This document shows positions 44,668-54,571 of a stretch of 64,000 nucleotides of DNA, piece after piece. Position 1 is the stretch's first letter. Each line of letters starts with the position of its first letter. The position numbers and the translations under genes are program-made. Origin of the DNA: an uncultured Roseivirgaceae bacterium (GTDB taxonomy: Bacteria > Bacteroidota > Bacteroidia > Cytophagales > Cyclobacteriaceae); assembly GCA_964591785.1 (NCBI GenBank), contig CAZQDI010000002.1, forward strand, positions 443 through 64,442, read 5' to 3'. Under the pieces are notes generated by a model. The model was not told where the DNA came from and ran no database searches. It saw only the letters and a program-made list of their open reading frames with translations.

Positions 44668-46401
44668 TTACTCCATTACTCTGAAAATGGGATACCTCAG
44701 ATATTCGGGTTCTCGATGTTCCGAACGCTGGTAGATAAAATCAAGTTGTCGATACGTACTTTTTGCCAATTCTGGATCAGAAGCTTTGGCCTCCTTCAGT
44801 GCTTCCCTTAGCTGTGGATTTTCTTCTAAAATCGAAAGCGCATGCTGTTCAAACACGTAGGACGAAAAGTGTTCTTTTTGTTGCAGAATGGCGTCGAAGA
44901 AATTCCATGAGAAGAACGAATCCGGAGCCTCCGGTTCCAGGGTCTCCACAATGTATCTGTTGCGCCACTGATTTACCGGAACCAGGAAATCTCCTTTTCG
45001 AAAATCGATCTTCAGGACGTTTGTAGTCACCTCTACGTTAGTATGTCGGAAATGGCCTTCATATGCATTTCCAGAGGTTTCAAATCCAGACAGTTGGTAA
45101 GACTCCACCAATAGACTGCTGTCATGCTCTAATGGAATCAGCTCCACCTGATTCAGCTCCAGCAGTTCAATTACACGATTCCATTGCTGAGGGATCAGGT
45201 AATACCTGGGTGCCTTAACGCCCTTTTCGGGCCGGTAGCTGTCCATAAACTTCACCTCCTTCGTAAAGGGTTGATCCTTATCGTACTTTAATCGCCGCAA
45301 ACCTGAAATTTCACTTTCCACATACACTGGCTCATAGCCACTGAATGAGATGGATTTATATTCAGATGTATCCAATGACCAGGAAATCTCGAAGGATTTT
45401 TGCCTTGCAACCGATTGCTTCGTAGCCTCTCTAATCGCTACTAATTCCTCGCCTTGTTCATGCAGTACTTTAAGAATTGTCATCATCAATTCGTAGGTCG
45501 ACTGCACCCGACTTTCAAACGATTTTAGCATATGAGTTTCACTCATGAAGCCAGGCGTGTGAAATAACGCGGCATATCCAGTCGAATAGCGTGGCAGATC
45601 GACAAATTGAGACCAGCCCTGATCAGGAGTTCTACCCCAGGCATTGACGTACGGAATCGATTCAAATCCACGCTCCTTCATTTCGGCATACGTTTGAGGT
45701 AGTATCTTCGAATCTAAAAACTTCCCCAGCTCACCACCGAGCTTGTCTTTTTGAGAATAGACCAATGTCATGGTATGTTGATAATCAGCACCATTGCTCG
45801 TGTGCGTATCCAAAATAAAATCGGGATCGTACTGTTGGAAAATTTCCTGAAATGCTATGGCATTTCGCGTGTCAGATTTGATAAAGTCGCGGTTCAGGTC
45901 GTAGTGCCTGGCATTGCCGCGAAACCCATACTCCACCGGACCATTTTGGTTGACACGGGTCGTTGTATTCCTGTTCAGTGCCCCGCCAATATTGTAAAAA
46001 GGTATGATTACGATTGTGACCTTGTCCAGGAAGGGTCTAAACCTTTCCATATCCTGCATTAGGTCCCTGGCAAATAATTGACTGGCACTGACACCATCAG
46101 GTTCTCCGGGATGGATGGCATTGTTGATCAACCAGATCGCTTTATCAGAAGTTTGCAGTTCATCGGGCGAGCGTTCGTTCCCTGTGTTGATCAAAACCAC
46201 ATGAAGCGGAAGTCCAATATCGGTGGTGCCATGTTCTATAATTCTTACCTCCTCGTATGATTCTTCGAGCGAACGATAAAAGGCCATTGCCTCTTCATAG
46301 GTAGCAGTCTCCGTAAAGTTGGACTGTTCGTATCTTGTCAACAGCTGCGTAAAACCAATTGTGGTAAAGAACAGCAGGAGCGCAGTAAGGGTGATTTTCA
46401 T
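44668..46401 (-). CDS. M14 family zinc carboxypeptidase
   Basis: The ATG at 46401 gives MKITLTALLLFFTTIGFTQ (TTG at 46419 in the ORF track). HxxE zinc motif in NNAIHPGEPDG, and a later HTSNGADYQH. Confidence 0.8.
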   Translation of the reverse strand: MKITLTALLLFFTTIGFTQLLTRYEQSNFTETATYEEAMAFYRSLEESYEEVRIIEHGTTDIGLPLHVVLINTGNERSPDELQTSDKAIWLINNAIHPGEPDGVSASQLFARDLMQDMERFRPFLDKVTIVIIPFYNIGGALNRNTTTRVNQNGPVEYGFRGNARHYDLNRDFIKSDTRNAIAFQEIFQQYDPDFILDTHTSNGADYQHTMTLVYSQKDKLGGELGKFLDSKILPQTYAEMKERGFESIPYVNAWGRTPDQGWSQFVDLPRYSTGYAALFHTPGFMSETHMLKSFESRVQSTYELMMTILKVLHEQGEELVAIREATKQSVARQKSFEISWSLDTSEYKSISFSGYEPVYVESEISGLRRLKYDKDQPFTKEVKFMDSYRPEKGVKAPRYYLIPQQWNRVIELLELNQVELIPLEHDSSLLVESYQLSGFETSGNAYEGHFRHTNVEVTTNVLKIDFRKGDFLVPVNQWRNRYIVETLEPEAPDSFFSWNFFDAILQQKEHFSSYVFEQHALSILEENPQLREALKEAKASDPELAKSTYRQLDFIYQRSEHREPEYLRYPIFRVME

Positions 46402-46549
46402 GCTGCTCAATTTAATCAAACGGCCATACCATGCTCAGGGAAAAATGATGAGCTGCTGTCTTTTCATACAAAAGGCCAGTAGTTGATTTACTACCTCATA
46501 TATAGCTTTTATTTTGACTTGCTCAGAAGTGGCAGGCTGGCTACAAAAG

Positions 46550-48802
46550 TCAATTCAATACCTCCAGGATAAGCTCAGAGAGTTCAAATCTTGGAAAATC
46601 ACCGCAATGGGACAACATCAAAACGGTAATATCATCTTCTGGTTGTTTGAGGAACATGGAATAGAATGCAATATCGGTACCTGGGTGATAGACGACTGTG
46701 TTTTTCTTAGAAGCAGCAAAGAGGTACCTGTCGATCATCCATCCATAGCCGTAGTATGCCTCCCAATCTTTATATTCGGCTCTTGGTGTCCGTGCCTTAT
46801 CGACCACCGAACGATCAAAAACTGCGTCTTTTTCCAAGGCTCGGCTCCATCTTAAGAGGTCTTCCGTGGTAGAAATGATTCCACCAGCTCCAATGACATT
46901 TTCAATAGGATAGCTAACTTCCGGCTCACCATAGTAGAATCCCGGAATCGAAGATTCCTTGCCTGATTCTGTTCCAAGGCCAGTATGATGCATGCCAGTA
47001 GGAATCAAAATTTTTTCGGAAAGCAACTGACTAAAGTCCATCCCTCCTGCTTTTTCAGCCACTTTTGCCAGCACAACATACCCTGAATTGCTGTAGCTGA
47101 AAGAATCGCCGGGGGCAAAATCAAGGGAATCACTACAAAATTTTCGGATGAGATCCTCTAAGGAATACTTCGTTTCAAAAATGTCTGCGAGGTACTCGCT
47201 TTTAGATAAATAATCTGGAATGCCAGATTGGTGCGACAAGAGCTGCGCAATCGTCACCTTACCATGTATATAATCCGGAAGATACTTTCTCACCTTGTCG
47301 GACAGTTGCAGTTTACCTTCATGTTCTAACTGCAAGATCAGCATTGCCGTAAAGGTCTTGCTTACAGAACCAATTCGAAACCTACTATCTGTTGTTAGTG
47401 ACTGTCGAGGCCATGGATAGGATTTATTCAAGATGATTTCACCTTCGTCTTCAACTAGTGCATTCCCATAGAACAACCCCTTCTGATGATAGAAGGTCAG
47501 GATAGAATCAATCCTTCCACCAGCTGCTTTTGGAAATCTCCTCAACCGTTTTTCCACCTCCTTCTTGGTATCATTGGCACGATTGTTTGCAAGAATTTCG
47601 TTAGAGATTTCCTTAAAATCAGTAGTGGGCAACACAATCGTATGGTTCCTCCAAAATAATGAGTCGTATGCTACATCTTGAAATTCAATCAACTTACCAT
47701 GGGCTAGCGTCTCGCTGTCTGGGAACTTAACTGGACGAGCTGTATCCACCTGACTGACGAGGTAATCCACCCTCGTGTTCAGGACAAAGTTGTAATGCGA
47801 CCGGTCGCTTTTAAACTGCAAATCAGTATTCAAACTGGCATTTTTGAGGTAGTACTTATCTCCGATCTTACCGTACCGAATAGTCGATCGATCACCTAAG
47901 ACTTTTATATCAATGCCAAACAGTTCCATCAAAGCCCGATAAGCCACACCGAACTTAAAGTACTGTACACTTTTAGGGCTGATGCCATAGTCTAATTCTA
48001 CAAAAGCAAAGTCCTCCTTGTTGATGTAAATTTGACCTTGTAGCCCAACCGTTTTGATTCCATCTCTCTGATCAAACGAAATCAGAAACACCTCTTTGTT
48101 TTCATAATAGTACTCACCTTCCAAAACGAGATGATGCTCATTAAGAAACTTCTTTTTGCTAAAGGTTTTTGGAAATTCCTTGCTATTGATTCGATCCAGA
48201 TCAAAGATTCCGCTAGGTCTCATGCCCAGTTCGATTCCATTGGCCTCTCGCTCATCCGTTATTCCTCTCCACGTATCCAACCGAAACTGATCAACTTTTT
48301 CAGGCTGCTTAGAACGATAAAGATCAAAGGCGACTTCGGAAAGGTGTACATATTTCCCATTTTTTTTGGATGATAGCCGGTAGAATCCTGTGCTGGAATG
48401 CGCTTTACCAAAATAGTTTTTAGGTATCAGGGCCATCGCATTTTCTAAAATTTGATTGGCAGTCAGGCTGGTGACAACCACCTCATCTAACTGTTCTTCT
48501 TTTTCAACCATCTCAATAACCAAATTCGTTGCATGGAGTTGACTGAGTTGGATCACCTGCGTTTGATAGCCCACATAAGAAACCTTTAGCGAGTCAGATC
48601 GATGATTGAAGTTCAGTACCAATCGAAAACGACCGTCACTATTGCTGATCGTTCCTTGGGTCCCGCCCGCAACCGAAAGCGTGGCAAAAGACAGCGGCTC
48701 CCTGGAGGTAGCGGACAATACTTGTCCTTGAATCACGAACTGTTGACCAAATAAACTCTGGGCGACGAACAGCGGGACAAGAATAATTATGAAGGATCTC
48801 AT
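46550..48802 (-). CDS. beta-lactamase-fold serine hydrolase fused to an N-terminal CarboxypepD_reg-like domain
   Basis: Signal peptide MRSFIIILVPLFVAQSLFGQ, a CarboxypepD_reg pattern (VIQGQVLSATSREPLSFATLSV...SDGRFRLVL), and an SxxK active-site motif in FRIGSVSKTFTAMLILQL. Confidence 0.8.
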   Translation of the reverse strand: MRSFIIILVPLFVAQSLFGQQFVIQGQVLSATSREPLSFATLSVAGGTQGTISNSDGRFRLVLNFNHRSDSLKVSYVGYQTQVIQLSQLHATNLVIEMVEKEEQLDEVVVTSLTANQILENAMALIPKNYFGKAHSSTGFYRLSSKKNGKYVHLSEVAFDLYRSKQPEKVDQFRLDTWRGITDEREANGIELGMRPSGIFDLDRINSKEFPKTFSKKKFLNEHHLVLEGEYYYENKEVFLISFDQRDGIKTVGLQGQIYINKEDFAFVELDYGISPKSVQYFKFGVAYRALMELFGIDIKVLGDRSTIRYGKIGDKYYLKNASLNTDLQFKSDRSHYNFVLNTRVDYLVSQVDTARPVKFPDSETLAHGKLIEFQDVAYDSLFWRNHTIVLPTTDFKEISNEILANNRANDTKKEVEKRLRRFPKAAGGRIDSILTFYHQKGLFYGNALVEDEGEIILNKSYPWPRQSLTTDSRFRIGSVSKTFTAMLILQLEHEGKLQLSDKVRKYLPDYIHGKVTIAQLLSHQSGIPDYLSKSEYLADIFETKYSLEDLIRKFCSDSLDFAPGDSFSYSNSGYVVLAKVAEKAGGMDFSQLLSEKILIPTGMHHTGLGTESGKESSIPGFYYGEPEVSYPIENVIGAGGIISTTEDLLRWSRALEKDAVFDRSVVDKARTPRAEYKDWEAYYGYGWMIDRYLFAASKKNTVVYHPGTDIAFYSMFLKQPEDDITVLMLSHCGDFPRFELSELILEVLN

Positions 48803-48889
48803 GCAACTTTTACCCTAGAATGCGAATTCTCCCTGTATGGTTGTCTGATGAACTCCGGGATTGGAAACTAGCAAGGCTTGGTAAAAAAA

Positions 48890-50536
48890 TCAAGACGCCA
48901 GCCATACTCCCTGTAGTGCCTGGAGATCTCCATCGAAAGTCTTTCCACTTAAGACATCGTGAAGTCCGACCCCATGAGAAATGCGTGTGACGCTAGAAGA
49001 GGATAAATTAAATAAGCAGCTGATCTCATGTTTTTGATACGTCCGTTTTATTCCAAACAAGCCCTCGTCCAGTTTCAAAAACTCGACATTGCCGAAAGGG
49101 TGAAAGGCAGGCAATGCCTGCCTGGCAGAGATGAGCCGGGTAATACCTTCAAAAATATTTCTCCTGGTTGGATCCTCCTGCAAAGCAGATTCCAGTGCTT
49201 CCAACTCAAACTTCTGCCTGTTGATCGAGCGGTTTTGTCCACGTGCTTCCATGCCCTCAAGGTCATTTTGTGAGCCAAAAAGGGAATGAAAATAGATTGC
49301 CGGCAAGCCTGGAAAAGAAAGCATGATCATGTGAGCTAAGATCATACGTCTGGATGCCACTGCCTGATCCTTTTCCAAACCATGAAGAAGGCTAAAATAA
49401 TTGCTGTTTATTTCATAGGGTGATTCAGTGCCGTCCGGATTGCTCTTGTATGAAATTTTTCCGCCATTTGCCAACGAGCAGTTCGCGAGATTTTCAATCT
49501 CATTTGAAGTAAGAATCCCTTCTACGGGCCGTACACCGACGCCGTCATGACTGGAAAGGAAATTAAAGAAGCAAACTTCCTGAGAGGGAAGTTCAAGACT
49601 ACAAGCCCAGGCTGTTAATTTGGTCGTGCTTTCGGTGAGCAGACTGTGGGCCAATAACGGAGGCAATGTAAAATTATAGACCATATGAGCCTCATTGGAT
49701 CCATTACCGAAATAAGAAATGTTTTCAGCATGTGGTACGTTGGTTTCGGTAATCAACAAAGTTTCATGGTCATTGCCATTTAAGACAGCTCTCATGACCT
49801 GGATCAGTTGATGGGCCTGCGGCAAATGGATACATGAGGTGCCCGATTCTTTCCAGATGAAACCCACTGCATCCAATCGGATGGCTTTCGCTCCATTGCT
49901 TACATAGTAAAGCAGCAAATCAAGAATTTGCAAGAAGACCCGAGGCTCTGCAAAATTGAGGTCTACCTGATCCTTACTAAAGGTGGTCCAAAGCGACTCA
50001 ATACTACCATCTGGCTTTATAAAATCATGCCCAAGCGATGAGGTCCGAGGTCGTGTAACAGCAGAGACCTGCGGATAGTCACCCATTCTGACAAAGTAGC
50101 CTTCGTAATCGGACTGACCTTCCAGGAACCCTTGTAACCACGTGGACTTTTGAGAAATGTGGTTGACCACCGCGTCAAACATCAAACCAAAATCGGAAGA
50201 AAAGGACCTGATATCATCCCAATCTCCTAAATCTGGATTAACCTGGTAATAATCAATAACGGAAAAACCATCGTCAGAGGAGTATGGATAAAAAGGTAAA
50301 ATATGAACCATCGTGATGAGTTCACCCACCCATTGCTTCAGGAAGGTGTGCAAGGTAGCCAGGCTGGACGACGTCGAAGACGAAACCTGATCTCCGTAGG
50401 TAATCAGCATTACATCTTGATGAGAGAGGGCTACTCGACGATTCTGATGATCATATTTGGCAATCAACTGCTCTATTTGTGAAGTAATCCGGTCCGCCTG
50501 ATCCTTCCCGTACACTGCGGCTATTAAGTCGTACAT
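48890..50536 (-). CDS. GH13 sucrose-phosphorylase-like sugar phosphorylase
   Basis: GH13 catalytic blocks AIRLDAVGFIWKE, LITETNVPH and FNFLSSHDGVGV. 548 aa. The start lies 1 nt after the symporter stop. Confidence 0.8.
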   Translation of the reverse strand: MYDLIAAVYGKDQADRITSQIEQLIAKYDHQNRRVALSHQDVMLITYGDQVSSSTSSSLATLHTFLKQWVGELITMVHILPFYPYSSDDGFSVIDYYQVNPDLGDWDDIRSFSSDFGLMFDAVVNHISQKSTWLQGFLEGQSDYEGYFVRMGDYPQVSAVTRPRTSSLGHDFIKPDGSIESLWTTFSKDQVDLNFAEPRVFLQILDLLLYYVSNGAKAIRLDAVGFIWKESGTSCIHLPQAHQLIQVMRAVLNGNDHETLLITETNVPHAENISYFGNGSNEAHMVYNFTLPPLLAHSLLTESTTKLTAWACSLELPSQEVCFFNFLSSHDGVGVRPVEGILTSNEIENLANCSLANGGKISYKSNPDGTESPYEINSNYFSLLHGLEKDQAVASRRMILAHMIMLSFPGLPAIYFHSLFGSQNDLEGMEARGQNRSINRQKFELEALESALQEDPTRRNIFEGITRLISARQALPAFHPFGNVEFLKLDEGLFGIKRTYQKHEISCLFNLSSSSVTRISHGVGLHDVLSGKTFDGDLQALQGVWLAS

Positions 50537-50537
50537 C

Positions 50538-52103
50538 TTATATCCAGTAAGGAATCGAAATACTAATCAGCAAGATCAAGACGAAAAACCCAAGCAGAAT
50601 GAATGTATCTTTGGACCAGAATCCAGACACCTCTATTTCGATGGTTTCGCCTTTTGGCTCCTGCGGTAGAAGCGCACTAACCACAAATCCTACCACAAGG
50701 GTGACGATGGCACCAATCGCATTCCACCAAAACCAGAAGATGTTATCCCCTACCGCCAACCACAGATAGACATTGATCGCAACGCCTGTTAGCAAACCAG
50801 CATTGATTCCCTTTGCATGAATTCGTTTGAACTGTACTGCTGCCAGGAAAGTACCGAGAATTGGCCCAAAGAAGACCGAGCCTACCTTGTTAATGGCCTC
50901 AATGACCGTACTGGCTATGCTGCCGGTATAAAATGCTAAAACAATGCATATTACACCCCAAAACAATGCTGCCCACCTGGAGTAGCTTAGGTATTTTTTT
51001 TCTGAAAGTTCCTTTCCATGAGCGAGGAAATCCTCAGTAGTCACTGCACTGAGGGAATTCACTGCCGAACTCAACGAGGACATCGCAGCAGAAAGGATCG
51101 CCACAATCAGTACGCCGATGACTCCATGAGGAAGGTAATCTCGTATGAAAATTGGTATCATGAGGTCGGGTTTTTCTGCAGGGATTTCAGCCAGAAACTC
51201 AGGTGTCACTACCACCATGGTTCCTAGCACCAGTCCCATGATACAATAGCTTAAGGTAATAGGAAATCGGAGTAAGCCATTGAACAAAATAGTTTTCCTC
51301 ACTGTTGATAAACTACTGGCAGATAGCAATCTTTGGACCTGACTTTGATCGGTCCCATAGTAGGAAGCATACAGGAAGAATCCCCCAACCACCATCGGCC
51401 AAAACCCGAAAGACTCATTCTTCGCAAATCCCAGCGACCCGAAATCGACGACATCTAACCGGGACCTGTCCACCTGCTCCACAAAAACCTGCCAGCCTCC
51501 CACATAGTGTAGTCCAAACCCCAGGCATATTAGAATCCCGCCAAACAAGATGATCATTTGAACCATGTCTCCATATACCACCGCCTTCATGCCCCCCTGG
51601 TAGGAATAAATTACCGTAATGAGTCCAATAGCCACGACGGTTTGCCAAAAAGGGATCCCCATTACGCTCGTCAAAATAAGCGCTACAGCATAGATCATCA
51701 CACTAGTGGCAAAAGCACGACTTACCTGAAACACCAGACTTAGTAGCAATCTGGTGGAACGACTGAATCGGTTTTCAAGGTACTCATAGATACTAACGAC
51801 ACCAGATTTGTATAATGATGGGATTAGATAAGTTCCAAGGAAAATCATGGCAAGAGGTACTGCAAATTCATAGCTTAGCCACTGCATTCCACCACCTTCT
51901 CTGATTCCAACAAATGCAGGGGCAGAAATAAAGCTGATTGCCGACAACTGTGTAGCCATCACGGAGAGACTAAGCGGAAACCAACCAAACGACCGACCAC
52001 CCAGAAAGTAGTCCTTCTTACCCGATTGATTCTTAAAAAAGTATCCCAGGCCTAAAAAGGCCAGAGAATACACAATGACAATGGTGTAATCTAATCCGTT
52101 CAT
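50538..52103 (-). CDS. sodium:solute symporter (SSS) family transporter
   Basis: 521 aa with about 13 TM helices. The N-terminal pattern YFLGGRSFGWFPLSLSVMATQLSAISFISAPAF is typical of SSS transporters. Confidence 0.8.
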   Translation of the reverse strand: MNGLDYTIVIVYSLAFLGLGYFFKNQSGKKDYFLGGRSFGWFPLSLSVMATQLSAISFISAPAFVGIREGGGMQWLSYEFAVPLAMIFLGTYLIPSLYKSGVVSIYEYLENRFSRSTRLLLSLVFQVSRAFATSVMIYAVALILTSVMGIPFWQTVVAIGLITVIYSYQGGMKAVVYGDMVQMIILFGGILICLGFGLHYVGGWQVFVEQVDRSRLDVVDFGSLGFAKNESFGFWPMVVGGFFLYASYYGTDQSQVQRLLSASSLSTVRKTILFNGLLRFPITLSYCIMGLVLGTMVVVTPEFLAEIPAEKPDLMIPIFIRDYLPHGVIGVLIVAILSAAMSSLSSAVNSLSAVTTEDFLAHGKELSEKKYLSYSRWAALFWGVICIVLAFYTGSIASTVIEAINKVGSVFFGPILGTFLAAVQFKRIHAKGINAGLLTGVAINVYLWLAVGDNIFWFWWNAIGAIVTLVVGFVVSALLPQEPKGETIEIEVSGFWSKDTFILLGFFVLILLISISIPYWI

Positions 52104-52185
52104 ATTGGCTAGTCAGTTGGTAAAATGGATTCTCCTAACCCATTTCTACTAAATATAATACAATCTCTATCATCACTTCTGCAGA

Positions 52186-52791
52186 TTACTCATCCCCTTT
52201 TGACGACCGATTAATGGCTTCCTTGCCATTATAGACTAATCGCGTAGACCAAGGGATGGGATTTCTGAGTGCAAAATGTGCCATACACCCATTCTCAGCT
52301 TCGTTGAGTAAGTCTTTGATGTTCTCTTCGGGTTCTGGGCTTTCAATAATCACGTGGGTCTCGACCAAATCACATCCGCCATTGGTCATATAGCCATGCT
52401 CTCGCATGTGACCAAGATTTGTTTTGAAGATGATTCGCTGTTCCAGCTTGAGGCTATCCACCTGAATTTTTCGGGCAGTGAGAATATCTGTCAGGTGTGT
52501 CATCAAACAAAAACCTATGCCTGCTGAGAAAAAGGCCAGCGGAGGCGGCGCGGTATCCTCTCCTACAGGCGGTTGTTCGTCGCAATACAGCTTTACAGGG
52601 CTAAATCCCGGAATATTGACCGACACCACACCCGTCTTGCTCTGCATATTTCCAGCTTCTGCACTTAAGTTTACTTCAAAACGATACGGTTCCGGATGTC
52701 GGGCTTTTGTGAATTTGGTGGATTCATATTGTGTTTTAGCAGGTTGTTCGGAGCTAAGTTCACCTACCCGATAGTACTTTTCTTCTGACAT
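52186..52791 (-). CDS. OsmC/Ohr-like family protein with N-terminal extension
   Basis: The ATG at 52791 gives MSEEKYY... (TTG at 52821 in the ORF track). Two Cys-containing OsmC-like blocks (AGIGFCLMTHL and ENGCMAHFAL). Confidence 0.6.
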   Translation of the reverse strand: MSEEKYYRVGELSSEQPAKTQYESTKFTKARHPEPYRFEVNLSAEAGNMQSKTGVVSVNIPGFSPVKLYCDEQPPVGEDTAPPPLAFFSAGIGFCLMTHLTDILTARKIQVDSLKLEQRIIFKTNLGHMREHGYMTNGGCDLVETHVIIESPEPEENIKDLLNEAENGCMAHFALRNPIPWSTRLVYNGKEAINRSSKGDE

Positions 52792-52899
52792 TTTTACTGA
52801 TCTTTTATTTGGGTTATACAAGTTATGCTATGAATGAAGTGAAGGGCCAGGGCTAAGTGATGTCTTTCTCTTCAGGGGTCAGTTTTCCAAACAAGTCCT

Positions 52900-54561
52900 T
52901 CAATCCACCACCTCCACATCAAACGCACCATTGAGAATCTTCTGATTGCGCTTCATCTGTACGTAGATTCTATACTGACCAGCTTCAGGAAACGCATAAG
53001 GGAACTTTACCACGGCATGATCAGGATGATCCGGATCTTCCACGGAATGGTCCATCCCTACACCCAACAAACTATCCCTTTCGGCATAGGGAAGGCTATT
53101 GAGCTCAGCAAGTACCTGATCGACGCTGTCCCTAAACAAATGCTGCTTTTGAAGTTTGCCCCAGTCAATACGTCCGGATTGTCCATCAAACCGTGCTTCC
53201 ATCACCTCCTTGGAGGCCATCGAATAAGAACCTACCGGATGCAGGTGGATGTACACACTCCCATCCTCTTTAAATACCACCGCATGTCCCATCATACCTA
53301 AGTAGGGCTCCAACGCCGATGGTTGACCCGCCTCATCCTCAAAGGCGAATGTTAATTGATACAATTGTTCGCTCTTGAAGTCACCGGATTCTGGCAATTC
53401 AAGTGTGACATAGGAACCATCGGGCAAGATGGTTTTTTGCCCCGGACTCCCACAGACCACAATGTCTCCACCCAATAACCGAGGCTGTTCATTCGCCTTC
53501 ACGATGGGATCAGTAATGTAGTACGTATCATCGGTATCAATTAGCAGGGAGTCACTCCAATTGGATTCCACTTCCGGTGTGGCATTGGGGATCGATATTG
53601 TGTCGGCAATGGTCTCTGAAAAGCCACTCAAGCGGGTCACATCAGTGAATACATAATAGTCGCCAGCTGGCAATGGCGGTATGACGGTCTCAAATAAGGC
53701 TGAATCTGTTCGAAGTGGATGCAGGTGAGCAAATACATCTAATGACCCCATCTTCAACAAGAACATGTGCATGATCTTCCCATGATCGGGAATCAAATAG
53801 CTAATGCTTCGGGTTAAATACAATTGCTCTAATCGGGTCGAATCAATGGAAAAGTTCAGCACCTGCTTCCCTCCTGCTTCCGCGACCCATGAAGTGGCTG
53901 TAAATGGCTTGTACATGTATCGGGCGTAGCTATTGCCCCAGCTACTCCACCAATTATTACCCCCCCATACCACTAGGATCAGAATGACCAATCCGATGCT
54001 TGCGCCGATCCATCGCTTTCTTCGAGTCTTAGTAGTGGCGACCTCTCCAGGTTTAACCATGGAGTCGCTATTGCTTAGACTAATGATGGTCACCATCAAA
54101 AACACCAGGAAAAGTCCCAGGCCCGCGAGTGTCCAGCCCAGGGATGCCTCCATTTGTTTTTGGGCAGTAGATACTGCCATCACAGGAAGCAAAATGCTCC
54201 CCTCTCCGGCCTCTCCGACCACGGTAACTTCTATGCTGGCGCTCCCAGGGCTCATCAACCAGATCTCTCCTTTGTAATGGCCGGCTTCACCAGGAACTTG
54301 CACCGCCAGATCAGCTTTGGGGGTTCCCGATGCTCCTGCGAACCAGTAGATTGGCTTGAGCTGCACCTCTGCAATCTTGGGGTCTGTCAGGTACACATCC
54401 ACAGAGGCGGTTCCGGGTATTACGTCAGGTGAGTTCACCACCACGGTGACCGCATAGGGCCCGGCTTTACCTTCAAGCGTCACACCCGGGCTGCCGATAT
54501 GTCCTGTACTGAAATGAGAGAAAAAGAGCAGGAATAGGAGACTATAAATGATTCGTTTCAT
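52900..54561 (-). CDS. hypothetical exported/membrane-anchored His-motif protein
   Basis: Signal peptide MKRIIYSLLFLLFFSHFSTG followed directly by HIGSPG. Two mid-protein TM helices. Duplicated ...MH/GH...HLHP motif (DHGKIMHMFLLKMGSLDVFAHLHPLR and YLGMMGHAVVFKEDGSVYIHLHPVG), plus HSVEDPDHPDH. Confidence 0.65.
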   Translation of the reverse strand: MKRIIYSLLFLLFFSHFSTGHIGSPGVTLEGKAGPYAVTVVVNSPDVIPGTASVDVYLTDPKIAEVQLKPIYWFAGASGTPKADLAVQVPGEAGHYKGEIWLMSPGSASIEVTVVGEAGEGSILLPVMAVSTAQKQMEASLGWTLAGLGLFLVFLMVTIISLSNSDSMVKPGEVATTKTRRKRWIGASIGLVILILVVWGGNNWWSSWGNSYARYMYKPFTATSWVAEAGGKQVLNFSIDSTRLEQLYLTRSISYLIPDHGKIMHMFLLKMGSLDVFAHLHPLRTDSALFETVIPPLPAGDYYVFTDVTRLSGFSETIADTISIPNATPEVESNWSDSLLIDTDDTYYITDPIVKANEQPRLLGGDIVVCGSPGQKTILPDGSYVTLELPESGDFKSEQLYQLTFAFEDEAGQPSALEPYLGMMGHAVVFKEDGSVYIHLHPVGSYSMASKEVMEARFDGQSGRIDWGKLQKQHLFRDSVDQVLAELNSLPYAERDSLLGVGMDHSVEDPDHPDHAVVKFPYAFPEAGQYRIYVQMKRNQKILNGAFDVEVVD

Positions 54562-54571
54562 ACTTGGCGCG

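Noticed and set aside
44664-44670. Convergent genes whose stop codons are 1 nt apart (TGA at 44664-44666 and TAA on the minus strand at 44668-44670), with no room for terminators.
   Set aside because: This is real but common in compact bacterial genomes. It carries no functional implication I can support.
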